Source: Heptranchias perlo
Lineage: Eukaryota
Assembly: GCF_035084215.1 (NCBI RefSeq)
Contig: NC_090328.1
Coordinates: 21,638,001 to 21,702,000 of the forward strand
Length of the DNA stretch: 64,000 nucleotides
Direction: 5' to 3'
The notes under the pieces are model-generated. The model saw nothing but the letters and a program-made list of their open reading frames with translations. It was not told the DNA's origin and made no database searches. Positions 37,867 to 50,300 of this stretch are shown in pieces. Every line of letters begins with the position of its first letter. Position 1 is the stretch's first letter. Made by a program: the position numbers and the translations under genes.

Positions 37867-38587
37867 GTATGTCTTGTAAATAATTCGCAAAAATATGCAC
37901 ATATTGGGAAAGAGAAAATCTTACCTTATTAAAATATTAATAAAGTTCCTTGGGACTGTGGTGACACAAAATGCCACATAAGAGTGGGGTGTGGTTTGGA
38001 GCCAGTCTGTGAGCTGCCAGGCCCGGCCAAAGGAGGCGCTGAGCAAAGACATGAGGCTGCTTCCTGCGCAAAAGACTAAGACACCCATGTTGTTCTTGAC
38101 CACTCCTTAGCAACCAGTTCAGAGACCCATAATGGTGGACTGTTCCATTAACAGTAAGAAAACAATGAATGGGTAAAAGTATAGAGATAGAAAAACAACA
38201 AAAAACAACTTCCGGAGCATAACACTATATAAAACATTTTAGCATGTTGATCATTTGTCTGAACATTTATTTTACTAGTAGTGGAATTCCATTTTTAAAT
38301 AAATACTTTAAACAATGAGAAATATAGAGCATACTCCTGGCTCCGCAGCACTCCTGACAGCTACTGCCAGCCCCCTGCCCTGCTTGTCGCAACCTGATTT
38401 CTGTGAGGGGATCTAAAACAGGTTGTTAGGCCCTCATTTACATATGCAAAGGACCTCACGCCTGTTTTAGGCAGCCATCATTTTGGGTCGCACATTTTTC
38501 AGGCATGTTTGGGGTGCAGAACGTAAAGCAGACACAATGATGCCCAATTTCTATCCCACTATATCAAACAAAAATCAGCCAACAGAG

Positions 38588-38762
38588 TGGGATAGATTTT
38601 GACTTTCTGCGATAAATCTAAAACAGGTGACAGCAAATCGCCATCCCGTTTTACATCCATCCCGGTTTTTATTTCCATTGAAGTCAATGGGAGAGATGTA
38701 AAACGGGATGCCGATTCACTGTCACCCGTTTTACACCAACACACAAAGTCAAAATGACCCCA
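38588..38762. mobile_element. Palindromic MITE; related copy at ~1362-1528
   Basis: Ends gggatagattttgacttt / aaagtcaaaatgaccc; internal aaaacaggtga..cccgttttaca repeats; central ccattgaagtcaatgg. Confidence 0.75.
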
Positions 38763-39716
38763 GTATGTCCAATATGCACTGTCATGGACTCTCCCCAACG
38801 TACCTCATCACCCGAGGAAGATAAACAATTTCACATAAACCTTCCAAGAAGTTAAAACTGAAGTTTCTTCACGACTCCAGAGGTAATCAAGCAAAAGCTC
38901 CATTATAATCGAAATTATTCAGCTCTAGCTGGTTGTATTCTGCATCAGTTCCAGATGTTAGATTATTCAGCACTGAAAGCAGGCTACGGAAGTTCAGTCA
39001 TTCCTCACTGGGAAAAAAATGTGTGCATGGAGGGGCAGTGGGGGGGGGCAATGTCCAAGTTTTTACAATCATGAAGACAATTGCAATGATGAATATATAT
39101 ATATATAGGTACGTTTTGTATGTAAAGAAGAAAGGAAATACAAGGAATATAATTACTGTTCAAGGCAAAGAAACCATCATTTATTATCAGAGGGCAATTT
39201 TATGAATGGATATTGACACTGGGGAGCCTTGTCTACCAGCTGCACCTAACAGAAAATTATGGTTGCACTGCCCGCGATTTCCCATGGGGACAGAATGACA
39301 TGGAAAGAGCACCTGTGATTTCCAATACGTGTGGCCAAAGGGCAGGGATCCCTGCCCAGAGCACACATTCATAAAATAGGGCCTCATTTCCTAACACAAT
39401 GGGGTTCTTAGCTAATTACAACCCCTTAAGAAGTCTTACCTTGTGGAGTAGCGCAGTGAATGCCATTCAGTTGAAGCATTTAGAAAGATAAAGAAGAGAT
39501 TACAGCTTCAAAAAGAATAGGAGTACAGATTAAGAATTTGTATGAGAGGAACACAAAAATGATTTATGCCGGACCTGAAAAAGGCTGAACAATGTAATGA
39601 GCTGGATGCATTGAATGGCCAGTTTACAAGCTGTAAATTAGGGGAACAAGTGTTCTGAAATTATTTTAAATCCTTTACTTCACCTGTGTGATTTTGTTTT
39701 TGATGTCCCGGTACAG

Positions 39717-39959
39717 ACCCTCTGCCAACCGCTTGTGAGAAGAACAACTGCAGAGCTCCCCATCCGCACCTCTCTCGACTTGGAGCTGGATCTCCAAGCA
39801 TCACTGACGTGGCAGAGTCGTCTGAATGATGAGCTACAAGTGCTCAGGGAACTAAAAAATAGGTTGGAGGAGATGAAAGCTAAGGGGGAGACGGAACTAC
39901 CCACATGGGTGCTGGAGGATGACAGGTTCCAGAAGCTTCTGAAACAAGCAGGAAAGCAG
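39717..39959 (+). CDS. WWC2: WWC2 coding exon
   Basis: gtacag acceptor and cag|gtatga donor. TLCQPLVRRTTAELPIRTSLDLELDLQASL...RFQKLLKQAGKQ. Confidence 0.94.
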
Positions 39960-40004
39960 GTATGAATTCAGCAATATTTAAGGTTCACAGGTCTAAGAAA
40001 ATAT

Positions 40005-40243
40005 AATTGTAAACAATTTTACAACACCAAGTTATAGTCCAGCAATTTTATTTTAAATTCACAAGCTTTCGGAGGCTTCCTCCTTCCTCAGGTGAACGAA
40101 AAAAAAACTTTTTTTTCGTTCACCTGAGGAAGGAGGAAGCCTCCGAAAGCTTGTGAATTTAAAATAAAATTGCTGGACTATAACTTGGTGTTGTAAAATT
40201 GTTTACAATTGTCAACCCCAGTCCATCACCAGCATCTCCACAT
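40005..40243 (+). mobile_element. Penelope-like-derived palindromic insertion (family A), opposite orientation
   Basis: 102-bp arms 40005-40106 and 40109-40210; tail ends ...catctccacat; TSD taagaaaatata at 39994-40005 and 40244-40255. Confidence 0.85.
40119..40157 (+). ncRNA. Minimal hammerhead ribozyme motif (mirror copy on - strand in the left arm)
   Basis: ttcac CTGAGGA a ggagg-aag-cctcc GAA AGCT T gtgaa. Confidence 0.75.
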
Positions 40244-40545
40244 TAAGAAAATATACTGTGATGACCTGTTATCTTTTTTGCCTCTACCTTGACACCCAGC
40301 ACCGAATCTAGCTGCCTGGTACCGACTCTGATCATGTTTATTAAAATGGGACGATAAAATCCTTTAGGCACCTCTGACAAGACGTTCAACAACATGATAT
40401 CTACAAAGTGCAATACCAGCATCTAGTGACAGAAGATCAGTATTGCAACCGTATGGTGTCTGGGTTTGCAATATCCTTTGTAATAGTAGGAACCAAGGGG
40501 TTAGTGACACTGTAATAGTTTGAAGTCCCAAACGGAGATCAGTTC

Positions 40546-40971
40546 GAAATTGGACCTCGGGCCTCATTAATGTTATTTTGGCAAGCTGCCATTGCCTGTC
40601 GCAGCTCCATAAACAGCTCACCGATTGCCGGCAGTGGCCCAAAGGTAAGTCCCGGAATGGGCGGGGTGGAACAGCAACGGGTGGGGAGGGGGAAGGTGGG
40701 GGGCGATCGGGATAATGTGGAGTGGTGGGGGGAGCACTCCTGCTCCACGTGGCACAACGAGAACATTTTTTGTGAATAATTTTTATTAAACTGAACTTTT
40801 GATGGTGGTAGCTGCTTAGGTCTCAGAATGGATATGTAATGGGGCCGAATACCTGGTTTAGGCGGCAGCCAGGGCCACCCAGTTTAGGGTCAGCAGAATG
40901 TTGGCCACCAAAATTGGCCCTCATTGCGCTCGTTTTATTCCCGTAAACCAGGAGGCACAAGGTCCAATTTC
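40546..40971. mobile_element. Non-autonomous TIR element (MITE-like)
   Basis: Perfect 12-bp TIR gaaattggacct / aggtccaatttc; a similar element is at ~32372-32963. Confidence 0.65.
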
Positions 40972-40984
40972 TCCCCCTACAACT

Positions 40985-41430
40985 CTTAGCAACAAATGTA
41001 GGCCCTTTAGCCACTCGAACCTGTTGCACTATTCAATTAGATCGTGGCTGATCTGTACCTCAACTCTACTTACCTGCCTTTGTTCCATATCCCTTGATAC
41101 CTTTACCTTACTATCAATCTCAGTCTTAAAACCTCCAATTGACCCAAAATCCACAGCATTTTAGGGGAGAGAGTTCCAGATTTTCACTGCCTTTAGTGTG
41201 AAAAAGTGCTTCATGATTTCACTGCTAAATAGCCCAGCTCCAATTTTAATATTTTCTCCCCATGTTCTAGATTTCCCCCACCAGGGAAAGTTTCTCTGTA
41301 TCTACCATATCGAATTACTTTAACATTTTAAAGACCTCAACCGTCTAAACTCAAGTCTGTCCTCTTATTTTAGTCCTTTAAGCCCTGGTATAATTCTGGT
41401 GCATCTGCACTGTATCCCCTGCAAGGACAT
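40985..41430 (-). mobile_element. Degraded CR1 3' fragment
   Basis: gtaggccctttagccactcg...gagagagttccagatt; similar to the other CR1 3' ends. Confidence 0.7.
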
Positions 41431-41953
41431 CTAAATCCCTTTGCGCCCCTCACTATTAAGAAAATATTCCGATTTGACTTACTTGGATCCAAAGTGGATG
41501 AACTGTGGATGGCTACACACTTCCCCACAATTTAGGGTAGAGGTAGCCAGCATGCCCAGTTAGTATGAAAAGTACACAAGAGCTTCCATCACATTTACTG
41601 GGTGCCATGAATAACTGAAGAACATCCAGCATGTTCCATGAGGATGAGAAGTAGCTGATGAGTATCCACATGCACCTCACATAAATTAAAACCACACTTG
41701 CTGCTGCTTCGACCCAAAGGAAATTTCCTTTCTTTTAAAATTAAAGTTTTGACTAATTGGCATTTTAAGACATCATCACACCTTCTTTGATTACAAAAAT
41801 CGGACATAAAATTGGCAAATTTGCTGAACTAAATCAGGTCACTTAAGGGCAGATGGACTGCGGCAGGGTAATGGGAGAGTTTGTGAACCTGACAGCCATT
41901 TTGCAATTACATGGTAAATTACACTTAAAGTATAATAAATATGTTTCACCCAG

Positions 41954-42081
41954 GCTGAACAAACAAAAGAAGAACAAAAGCAGGAGTGGAAGGCTGAAAA
42001 ACTGATGAGGAAGGCCTCAAAGGAGGTGTGCAGGCTACGAGAGCAGAGCCAGAAGGTGCCACTGCAGGTCCAGTCATTCAG
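41954..42081 (+). CDS. WWC2: WWC2 penultimate coding exon
   Basis: cacccag acceptor and ag|gtcaga donor. AEQTKEEQKQEWKAEKLMRKASKEVCRLREQSQKVPLQVQSF. Confidence 0.94.
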
Positions 42082-43414
42082 GTCAGATATTTTTTTTCTC
42101 CTTTTCTAAATATAAAAAGGGTTCACAGTTTGAAGAAGAATACTGTGTTTATAAGCAATTCCACAATGTACCAGGCTCATAGCACTCTGAAATTCAGCCT
42201 GCTTACATCGCAGGGTAGATTTCAGTGCAGTACTGAAACAAATGCTGTTTGAGTTGTGCCATTAGAGTTTCTGACCTTAGATCTTCTTGATGTCAGAAGA
42301 AAGTCCACTCGGGCCAATGGTGCAGAAACTGCTTGCATTTACAGCCAGTGGCATTGCACCTCTCAGGTGGAGAGATAAAGAGGGTAGAGTTTTCTCTTCC
42401 CTTTGCCTGCAGAATCTGGGAAGAAAAATGGGCAAAGCCTGTTACTACAGGTCTCCACCCTGCCCTGGTGTTTCCTGGGGATTCCTCAACCAGCATAAGT
42501 GGACCTATGTCTGTAGTAGGCATAGGTCCAGCATTGTTAATGATAATGGGGCTGCAGGGGACAATATGGAGCAATTAGGACCTTCTGGCTGCTGATTTCC
42601 AACCAGGGGAGCAGGCCTGCATTTGTAGATCCCTCCCCCCACCCCACCCCCCAGCCATAAGAATGACCCAAGGAAGAAAAACAGGGGCAGCTGCACCTGT
42701 CAGGTACCCAGCAAGTGCCCATAGAGGAAAATCTACCCCACTCCCTCCTGAAGTAGCTCCCTGTGCAACTGGAAGCACCAGCATCATCTCATTTACTTGA
42801 TACTGCTACACCTACAGTCATGGCAGTAGAAAACAAGATTTGGATGAGTTCTAATTTTCCCCATACAGGATACTGACTGTCATCTAACCTTCACAATAAT
42901 GGTGGGACTTAACGGATTTAAAAGTCCACTTAAAATGTTCATATTGAGAGTGTGCTGATAGTGCTAGGAGCACTGTTACCACTACCATCAAACAATATGG
43001 TTGAGGAATAAATGTTGGTCAGAACTCCCCTGCTCTTCGAATATTGTCAAGGGATCTTTTACGTCCAACTGAGAGATCAGATGGAGCCTCGGTTTAACGT
43101 CCCATACAAAAGAGGCACTCCCTCATACCGTACTGGAGTGCCAGCCTAGATGATGTGACTAAGACTTTAGAGTGGGACTTGAACCCCACATCTCTGATGG
43201 CAGCTGAGCCCCTGCAATGGCCACTGGAGGCAGTGATAAACATGCTCCATCGTGCTATTGGCCTTTCAACAGGCTACACAATCATCAGTGGTGCTTTAGA
43301 AAATTAAAAGGGGTAAAGAAACTCTTAAATGTCACAGGACTCTGCTTCAGCACTGTTCTCCAGCACCTCAGCATTAATATAAATGCTGCTTTAGTTTCTC
43401 CGATGGCCTACTGG

Positions 43415-46238
43415 ATAGGAACATAGGAACAGGAGTAGGCCATTCAGCCCCTCGTGCCTGCTCCGCCATTTGATAAGATCATGGCTGATCTGTGATCTAG
43501 CTCCATATACCTGCCTTTGGCCCTTATCCCTTAATACCTTTGGTTGCCAAAAAGCTATCTATCTCAGATTTTAATTTAGCAATTTAGTATCAATTGTCAT
43601 TTGCGGAAGAGAGTTCCAAACTTCTACCACCCTTTGTGTGTAGAAATGTTTTCTAATCTCACTCCTGAAAGGTCTGGCTCTAATTTTTAGACTGTGCCCC
43701 CTACTCCTAGAATCCCCGACCAGCGGAAATAGTTTCTCTCTATCCACCCTATCTGTTCCCCTTAATATCTTATAAACTTCGATCAGATCACTCCTTAACC
43801 TTCTAAACTCTAGAGAATACAACCCCAATTTGTGTAATCTCTCCTCGTAACTTAATCCTTGAAGTCCGGGTATCATTCTAGTAAACCTATGCTGCACTCC
43901 CTCCAAGGCCAATATGTCCTTCCGAAGGAGCGGTGCCCAGAACTGCTCACATTACTCCAGGTGCAGTCTAACCAGGGTTTTGAATAGCTGCAGCATAACT
44001 TCTGCCCCCTCGTACTCTAGTCCTCGAGATATAAAGGCCAGCATTCCATTAGCCTTATTGATTATTTGCTGCACCTGTTCATGACACTTCAATGATCTCT
44101 GTACCTGAACCCCTAGGTCCCTTTGGACATCCACTGTTTTTAACTTTTTACCATTTAGAAAGTACCCTGTTCTATCCTTTTTCGATCCAAAGTGGATGAC
44201 CTCACATTTGTCTACATTGAATTCCATTTGCCACAGTTTTGCCCATTCACCTAATCTATCAATATCGCTTTGTAATTTTACGTTTTCATCTACACTGCTT
44301 ACAATGCCACCAATCTTTGTGTCATCGGCAAACTTAGATATGAGACTTTCTTTGCCTTCATCTAAGTCATGAAAAAAAATTGTGAATAATTGAGGCCCCA
44401 AGACAGATCCCTGAGGTACTCCACTAGTCACATCCTGCCAATGTGAGTACCTACCCATTATCCCTACACTCTGTCGCCTTTTGCTCAGCCAATTTCCTAA
44501 CCAAGTCCGTACTTTTCCCTCGATTCCATGGGCTTCTATCTTAGCTAACAGTCTCTTATGTGGGACCTTATCAAATGCCTTCTGGAAGTCCATATAAATA
44601 ACATCCATTGACACTCCCCTGTCCACTACTTTAGTTACCTCTTCAAAAAAATTCAATCAGGTTTGTCAGGCACGACCTACCTTTCACAAATCCATGCTGG
44701 CTCTCTCTGATTAACTGAAAATTCTCGAGGTGTTCAGTCACCCTATCCTTAATTATAGACTCCAGCATTTTCCCCACAACAGATGTTAGGCTAACTGGTC
44801 TACAATTCCCCGGTTTCCCTCTCTCTCCTTTCTTAAAAAGCGGAGTGACATGTGCAATTTTCCAATCTAGAGGGACAGTTCCTGAATCTAGAGAACTTTG
44901 AAAGATTATAGTTAGGGCATCTGCAATCTGCTCACCTACTTCCTTTAAAACCCTGGGATGGAAACCATCTTGTCCTGGGGGTTTGTCACTCTTTAGTGCT
45001 ATTATTTTCTTCAGTCCGTTACTTTACTTATGTTAATTTTATCGAGTCCCTGTCCCCGATTCAATATTAGTTTTCTTGGGATTTCCGGCATGCTATCCTC
45101 TTTTTCATCTGTAAATACTGATGGAAAGTAATCGTTCAACATGTCCCCACTGTCAATGACAATATCCCCACTTTCAGTTTTTAGGGGCCAACACTGCTCC
45201 TGACCACCCTCTTTTTCCGAATATAACTATAAAAGTTGTTCGTATTGGTTTTGATATCCCTTGCAAGTTTCTTTTCATACTCTCTTTTTGTAGCTCATAC
45301 TATCTGTTTTGTGACCCTTTGTTGATCTTTGTATCTTTCCCATTCGCCAGGATCTGTTCCATTTTTTGCCTTTTTGTATGCCCTTTCCTTATGTTTTATA
45401 CTGTCCCTTACCTCTTTAGTTGTCCATGGCTATTTTTTATGGCAAGTAGAGTTCTTGCCCCTCAGGGGTATAAACCGATTCTGTATCATGTTAAATGTTT
45501 CTTTAAACATTTCCCACTGATCATCAGTCGTTTTACCCATTAACAGATTTGCCCAGTTTACTGTGGACAGTCTCTGTCTCATCCCATTGAAGTCGGCCTT
45601 GCCCAAGTCTAGAATCTTAGCAGCTGATTCACTTTTTTCCCTTTCAAACACTCGATCATGTTATGATCACTATTGGATAGATGTTCACGCAGAGTTAAGC
45701 CGTTAACTAAATCTGGTTCATTACTCATTACTAAATCTAGTATGGCTTGCCCCCTTGTTGCCTCTAGGACATACTGCTGTAGAAAACTATCCTGGACACA
45801 CTCAAGAATTCACTACCTTTGTGACAGTTGCTAGTCTGCTTTTCCCAATCTATGTGAAGGATAAAGTCCCCCATTAAGACCACTATGCCTTTCTTACACG
45901 CTTGTCTAATCTCTGCATTTATACAATCTAGCACTTCAGAGCTGCTGCCAGGGGTCCTATACACAATTTCCACTATAGTCTTAAATCCTTTCCTATTTCT
46001 CAATTCAACCCATAAGGTCTCTGTTGGCTGCTTACCTCTCGTTATATCCTCCTTTATCATTGAAGTGATTTCATCTCTAATCACTAAGGCTACTCCTCCC
46101 CCTCTTCCATTTTCCCTATCCCTACTGTAGACCTTATAACCCGGTATATTTAGTTCCCAATCCTGACCATCCTGCAGCCATGTCTCAGTAATAGCTACCA
46201 TGTCATACCCTCCAATTTGAATTTGAACCTGTAGTTCA
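43415..46238 (-). mobile_element. Young CR1 LINE, ~2.8 kb, APE endonuclease + RT, disrupted
   Basis: VAITETWL...IPGY...GGGVAL...MGDF (endonuclease) and a 234-aa RT segment with FADD. Confidence 0.96.
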
Positions 46239-47274
46239 AGATAAATGCAATGGCCTGTCTAACAGTAATTCAGACACACCAGACACTTCCAGGTTCAATT
46301 CCCTTCTGGTGCTGAGTTAGCTGATTTTAAATAGGGCAGAGATTGGGCACTATTATTGGCCTCAGCACTCTGAATTACAGAGGGGAACAAGTAAGTTCCC
46401 ACCCCTGATTGCTATCTAATGACTCCTGCTAGAAAGTGTGTGTGTGTGTGTAGATGGTGGGCTTGACAGCAATACCTTCTATCAAATATCCTACCAAAAT
46501 TTACTGACTAGGTTCAAAAATTATGAATGGCCACTTGGCTGAGCTATGGGAGGGCTGCTGATGCCCTGAGAACTGTATCCCAGCACAATTCAACACCATC
46601 AGCAGAGAAGAAAAGAATTGGGGAGGTAGAAAATCCGTTGAAGGGACGCAAAGGCCAGAGCAAATAAATAAAATTTAGGATACATCTTTCGTAAGATGTT
46701 TTTAATTAAATGAAGTTACCAACTATTGAATCCTATTGGCACAGTTCAATTTGTGCATTCTTTCCCTGCCATGACCAGTATCTTAAATTCAATGTTAAGT
46801 TATTTTTTCTCCAATTTCTCCCCTTTATTCTTCTCTTCTTCACCTGAAGGAGTTGGCTTGTGCTAAGGTATGTTACTGTGGTGTGGGTGCATGAAGCCTT
46901 CAGGTAACTCATCCAATGCCTATTATCCTTGTGTGAGGCACGTCAGCTGCCCATTTGACCATGAGGCAAGCATCAAAACTGAGCTCAATCCTGCCCTGGT
47001 CTGAGGTCTGCTCGGATCCACTGTTATTTCCACATGTGGCTGCTTTTGTGATCTCTCCGGATGATCTACCCTCTCGACATACGTCACACGACAGCTCGTC
47101 TCACAGGTTTGGACTGGGAAACTGCTTATCCATCAGTGGTCTTGTAAAATCCTTGCCTGTGGTTGGAGAAGACACTGTCACTCACTCATGGTGGGGAGGG
47201 GGGGGGGGCAGAAAAAAGGACAAAAAAATTATTCATAGCACAAATTAACCATTTGTTTTATCTGCTAATTGCAG

Positions 47275-47341
47275 AGAGAAGATGGCGTTTTTCACCAGAG
47301 CAAAGATCAACATCCCATCACTACCCGCTGATGATGTGTAA
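47275..47341 (+). CDS. WWC2: WWC2 last coding exon with C-terminal PDZ-binding motif ADDV
   Basis: ttgcag acceptor. (R)EKMAFFTRAKINIPSLPADDV then TAA. Confidence 0.95.
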
Positions 47342-50300
47342 TCTAATTTGTCTTGTAGATTACAAAGTATTTTTCAGCATCTTAGCAAATTTTGATAGTT
47401 AGCTGTCTAAAATCTTTTCAAGCATTCTGGTGATACAGATATAACGTATTTGTAAAATAATTGTAATTGAATACCTCTATGTAAAAAATGGTTTTTGTCA
47501 GAGAACACCCAAAGTAGTGTAATTCTGAAGCAGTCATGCTAATTTTGTACAGTTTGTATGTATTTTTTGGTGTGCTTTTATTTTGTAAGGATGGGATACA
47601 GGAATGGTGGCAGTTCAGAAAAATGTATTCTGTTGAACAGCACTGCATTTTAGAAGAAAAAGTACCCCCCACCCCACAACTCCCGTTCAACAGAAGATAT
47701 TTTATTCTTTTGTCAATGTTTTCATAAGATCAGACTGTGATTGTGGCTGTGAGCCACAGAATATTTTTGTACAAGGGGTATGAAGCTGTAGGTTTCTTTT
47801 TTTATTATTGATGTATGTTCTTCGCAATTCTGTGGCAGTGCTTCTCGAGACCAGTGCTTGCATGGTGTTCACCTTCCACTTATGCCTCAGTGTTCTTTCT
47901 TTCCCCCCCCCCTGCCCCGTGCTTTTATTCTCACCTCTGCACAGGGATGGAGTGGCGTTGCAGGTGGTGAGTCTAAAACTCCTTCCTATGTGAAGTGTAC
48001 AGTGTTGTCCATGACTGCGTTGATCAGTCTCACTTGTTTTATTTTTTCTGGAGCGGGAGATAACATCACACCTTTGTCACCTTGTGAATTTGTGTTGCTG
48101 CTGCTACTGTTTCCTTCCGCAAATGCAAAAATGATCAGTTGACCCTTTGAGCACTGCTTTTGGTTTGGAGTTTTTTAAACTGTGTATTTTCGATTGGAGG
48201 ATATCTACAGGTCTGGTTTATTTGTAAACTTCCAGTGATGAATATTATTGAGGGAGTTGCAGATTTTAATTGGCATTGCTTGGGGTGTGATTAAAAAAAA
48301 ATGAATACATTTCCTTTTTTAGAGTAGTTTCTGCAAACTCCCCAAAACAAGGACATCCCACCTTTAAAGTACACAGATCCCTTCGTGGCTCAATAAGCCC
48401 ATGGAACTGGGCCACACAGACCTGGAAGGCCTAAGCTTCCATTCCCAGCCTGTGCCAAATTAGTTGATTTCTGCCAGGCCAGCAGTTGCAGGCTCTATAA
48501 TTGGCCTCAATGCACTTGAGGTAGAGAGGAGGGCAAACATAAATCAGGATTTGCAATCCCGATTGCTATCCTGTGACTCCCTACTGGCTGAGAAGTGCAC
48601 ATGTGTGGATTTGGATGAGGTTAGATTCAGCAGATGCCCATCTGCCCCTTCTGCATCATCAAATGATCCGCCAACACTCACTGTCCAGCCTGACACATGA
48701 AGAATGACCAGTTGGGCAGTGTTCCAGAGCAAACCAGTTGGGTGGCGAGTGTCTGCGGAACCGTACCATGGTACAAGTCAGTGTCGTCAGGAAGGAGGGA
48801 AGAAAATTGGTGGGTGGAGAGGAAGGAATTAAAAACAGAGTTTGATTTTTATTTCTGCATTGATATAAGATGTTAGAGCAGTTCGAAATGCACGTGTAAC
48901 TAAAAAATTGTTGATATTTAGCAGCTAGGGAACAAAGTGAACTATTCGTATTACACAGTCCGTGTGTAAATGGTAATGGCTGTGGAAAGGAAAAACTTTG
49001 GGGGTTGATTGTTTCTGCTTTTTTACCAGATCCCTATGAAATATTGATATATTCCAATTTCTCATTAAAGATGAATTCCCCCCGCCCCCCCCCCCCCCCC
49101 CCCCCCCATCGCTCCACTTTTCTTAAATGCATTTTCTGGGTAAATGCAAGTAAAATATTAACCAAATATTGTCATTATAGGCAAAATAATTATATGTAGA
49201 ATAATAAATGTCCAAGAGAACGTTACAAGGATGCATATAAACTGTAGCTTCCATGAACAATATTAACTTTTTTTAAAAAATTGTTTTTGGGTTGTGGACA
49301 ACACTGACGAGGCTGCATTTATTGCCCATCCATAAGCTATTGTTGAGACAACCAAGTGGTTTGCTAGGTCATTAAAAGTCAACCACGTAGAGTGGACAAG
49401 AGTCACGTGAGTAGGCCAGACCGGGTAAGAGTGGCAGGTTCCCTTTCCCTGAAGGACATTAGTCACCGTTGGGTTTTTACAACAATCCGACAGCCTTCAT
49501 GGTAATTTTTCTGGTGCTAGCCCACAAATTACCAGATTTATTGAATTTAATTCCAGAACTTCTTGTAGTGGGATTTAAGCTCATGACCTCTGGATTGGTA
49601 GTCCAGTATAGAGCCGCCACAATACTGTAACACATCTCAGTAAGGAACTAAGTATACATTGGTACTTCATCCTCTGATTATCCATCTTTTTTTAAGTTTA
49701 TAGAGATAGAATTTTTAACTATATAACTTACTGGGAAAAAAAATGGGCAGAATGAGTGCACTGTTGAAAAACCATCTTACATGCGAAGGGAGGAACAATT
49801 GCTATGGTCATTATGTATAGTGAAATTGTAAACATATTATTTTTGAATACAATTACAATGTTGCTACAAGTAGTGACCAGAGCACTTCTTCCCTCCAATT
49901 GGGGTGGGGGGACAAAAGATGTGTACTGAAAAACAAGCAGCATCAGACATACAAAGATCTCAGAGCTATAACTATAGCTATACAAGAACAATATGTATTC
50001 CATTGTCTGAATGTGCATTGTATTTGGGGGGAGGCAGTGGAAGGTGCTGCAAAATACCTTGTTAAATTACCATGATCTTTCTGTAAAATTATTCACAAAT
50101 CAAGCATTGGAACGTTACATCACAGAATCAGGCCATTCGGCCTATCAAGTCTATGACGGTATTTTGCTCCACATGAGCCAACTAGCCTAACCCCCACTCT
50201 CCTGCTCGCTTAGATAGTTCTCTTTTACAAGCAACGACCTACTTCCCTTTTAAAAGAATCTACTTCAACAATGGTTTGCGGCGGAGAATTCCTAATCACC

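Noticed and set aside
43952-46201. CR1 ORF fragments as an active autonomous LINE or host gene
   Set aside because: Multiple frameshifts and stops, and no ORF1 or 5' end.
3640-47341. Assignment as WWC1 (KIBRA) or WWC3
   Set aside because: Motifs YQYKLDF-LQEK-GYIPSGPITTIHENEV and SQTFSPGERNQYICR, plus adjacency to CDKN2AIP, favour WWC2.
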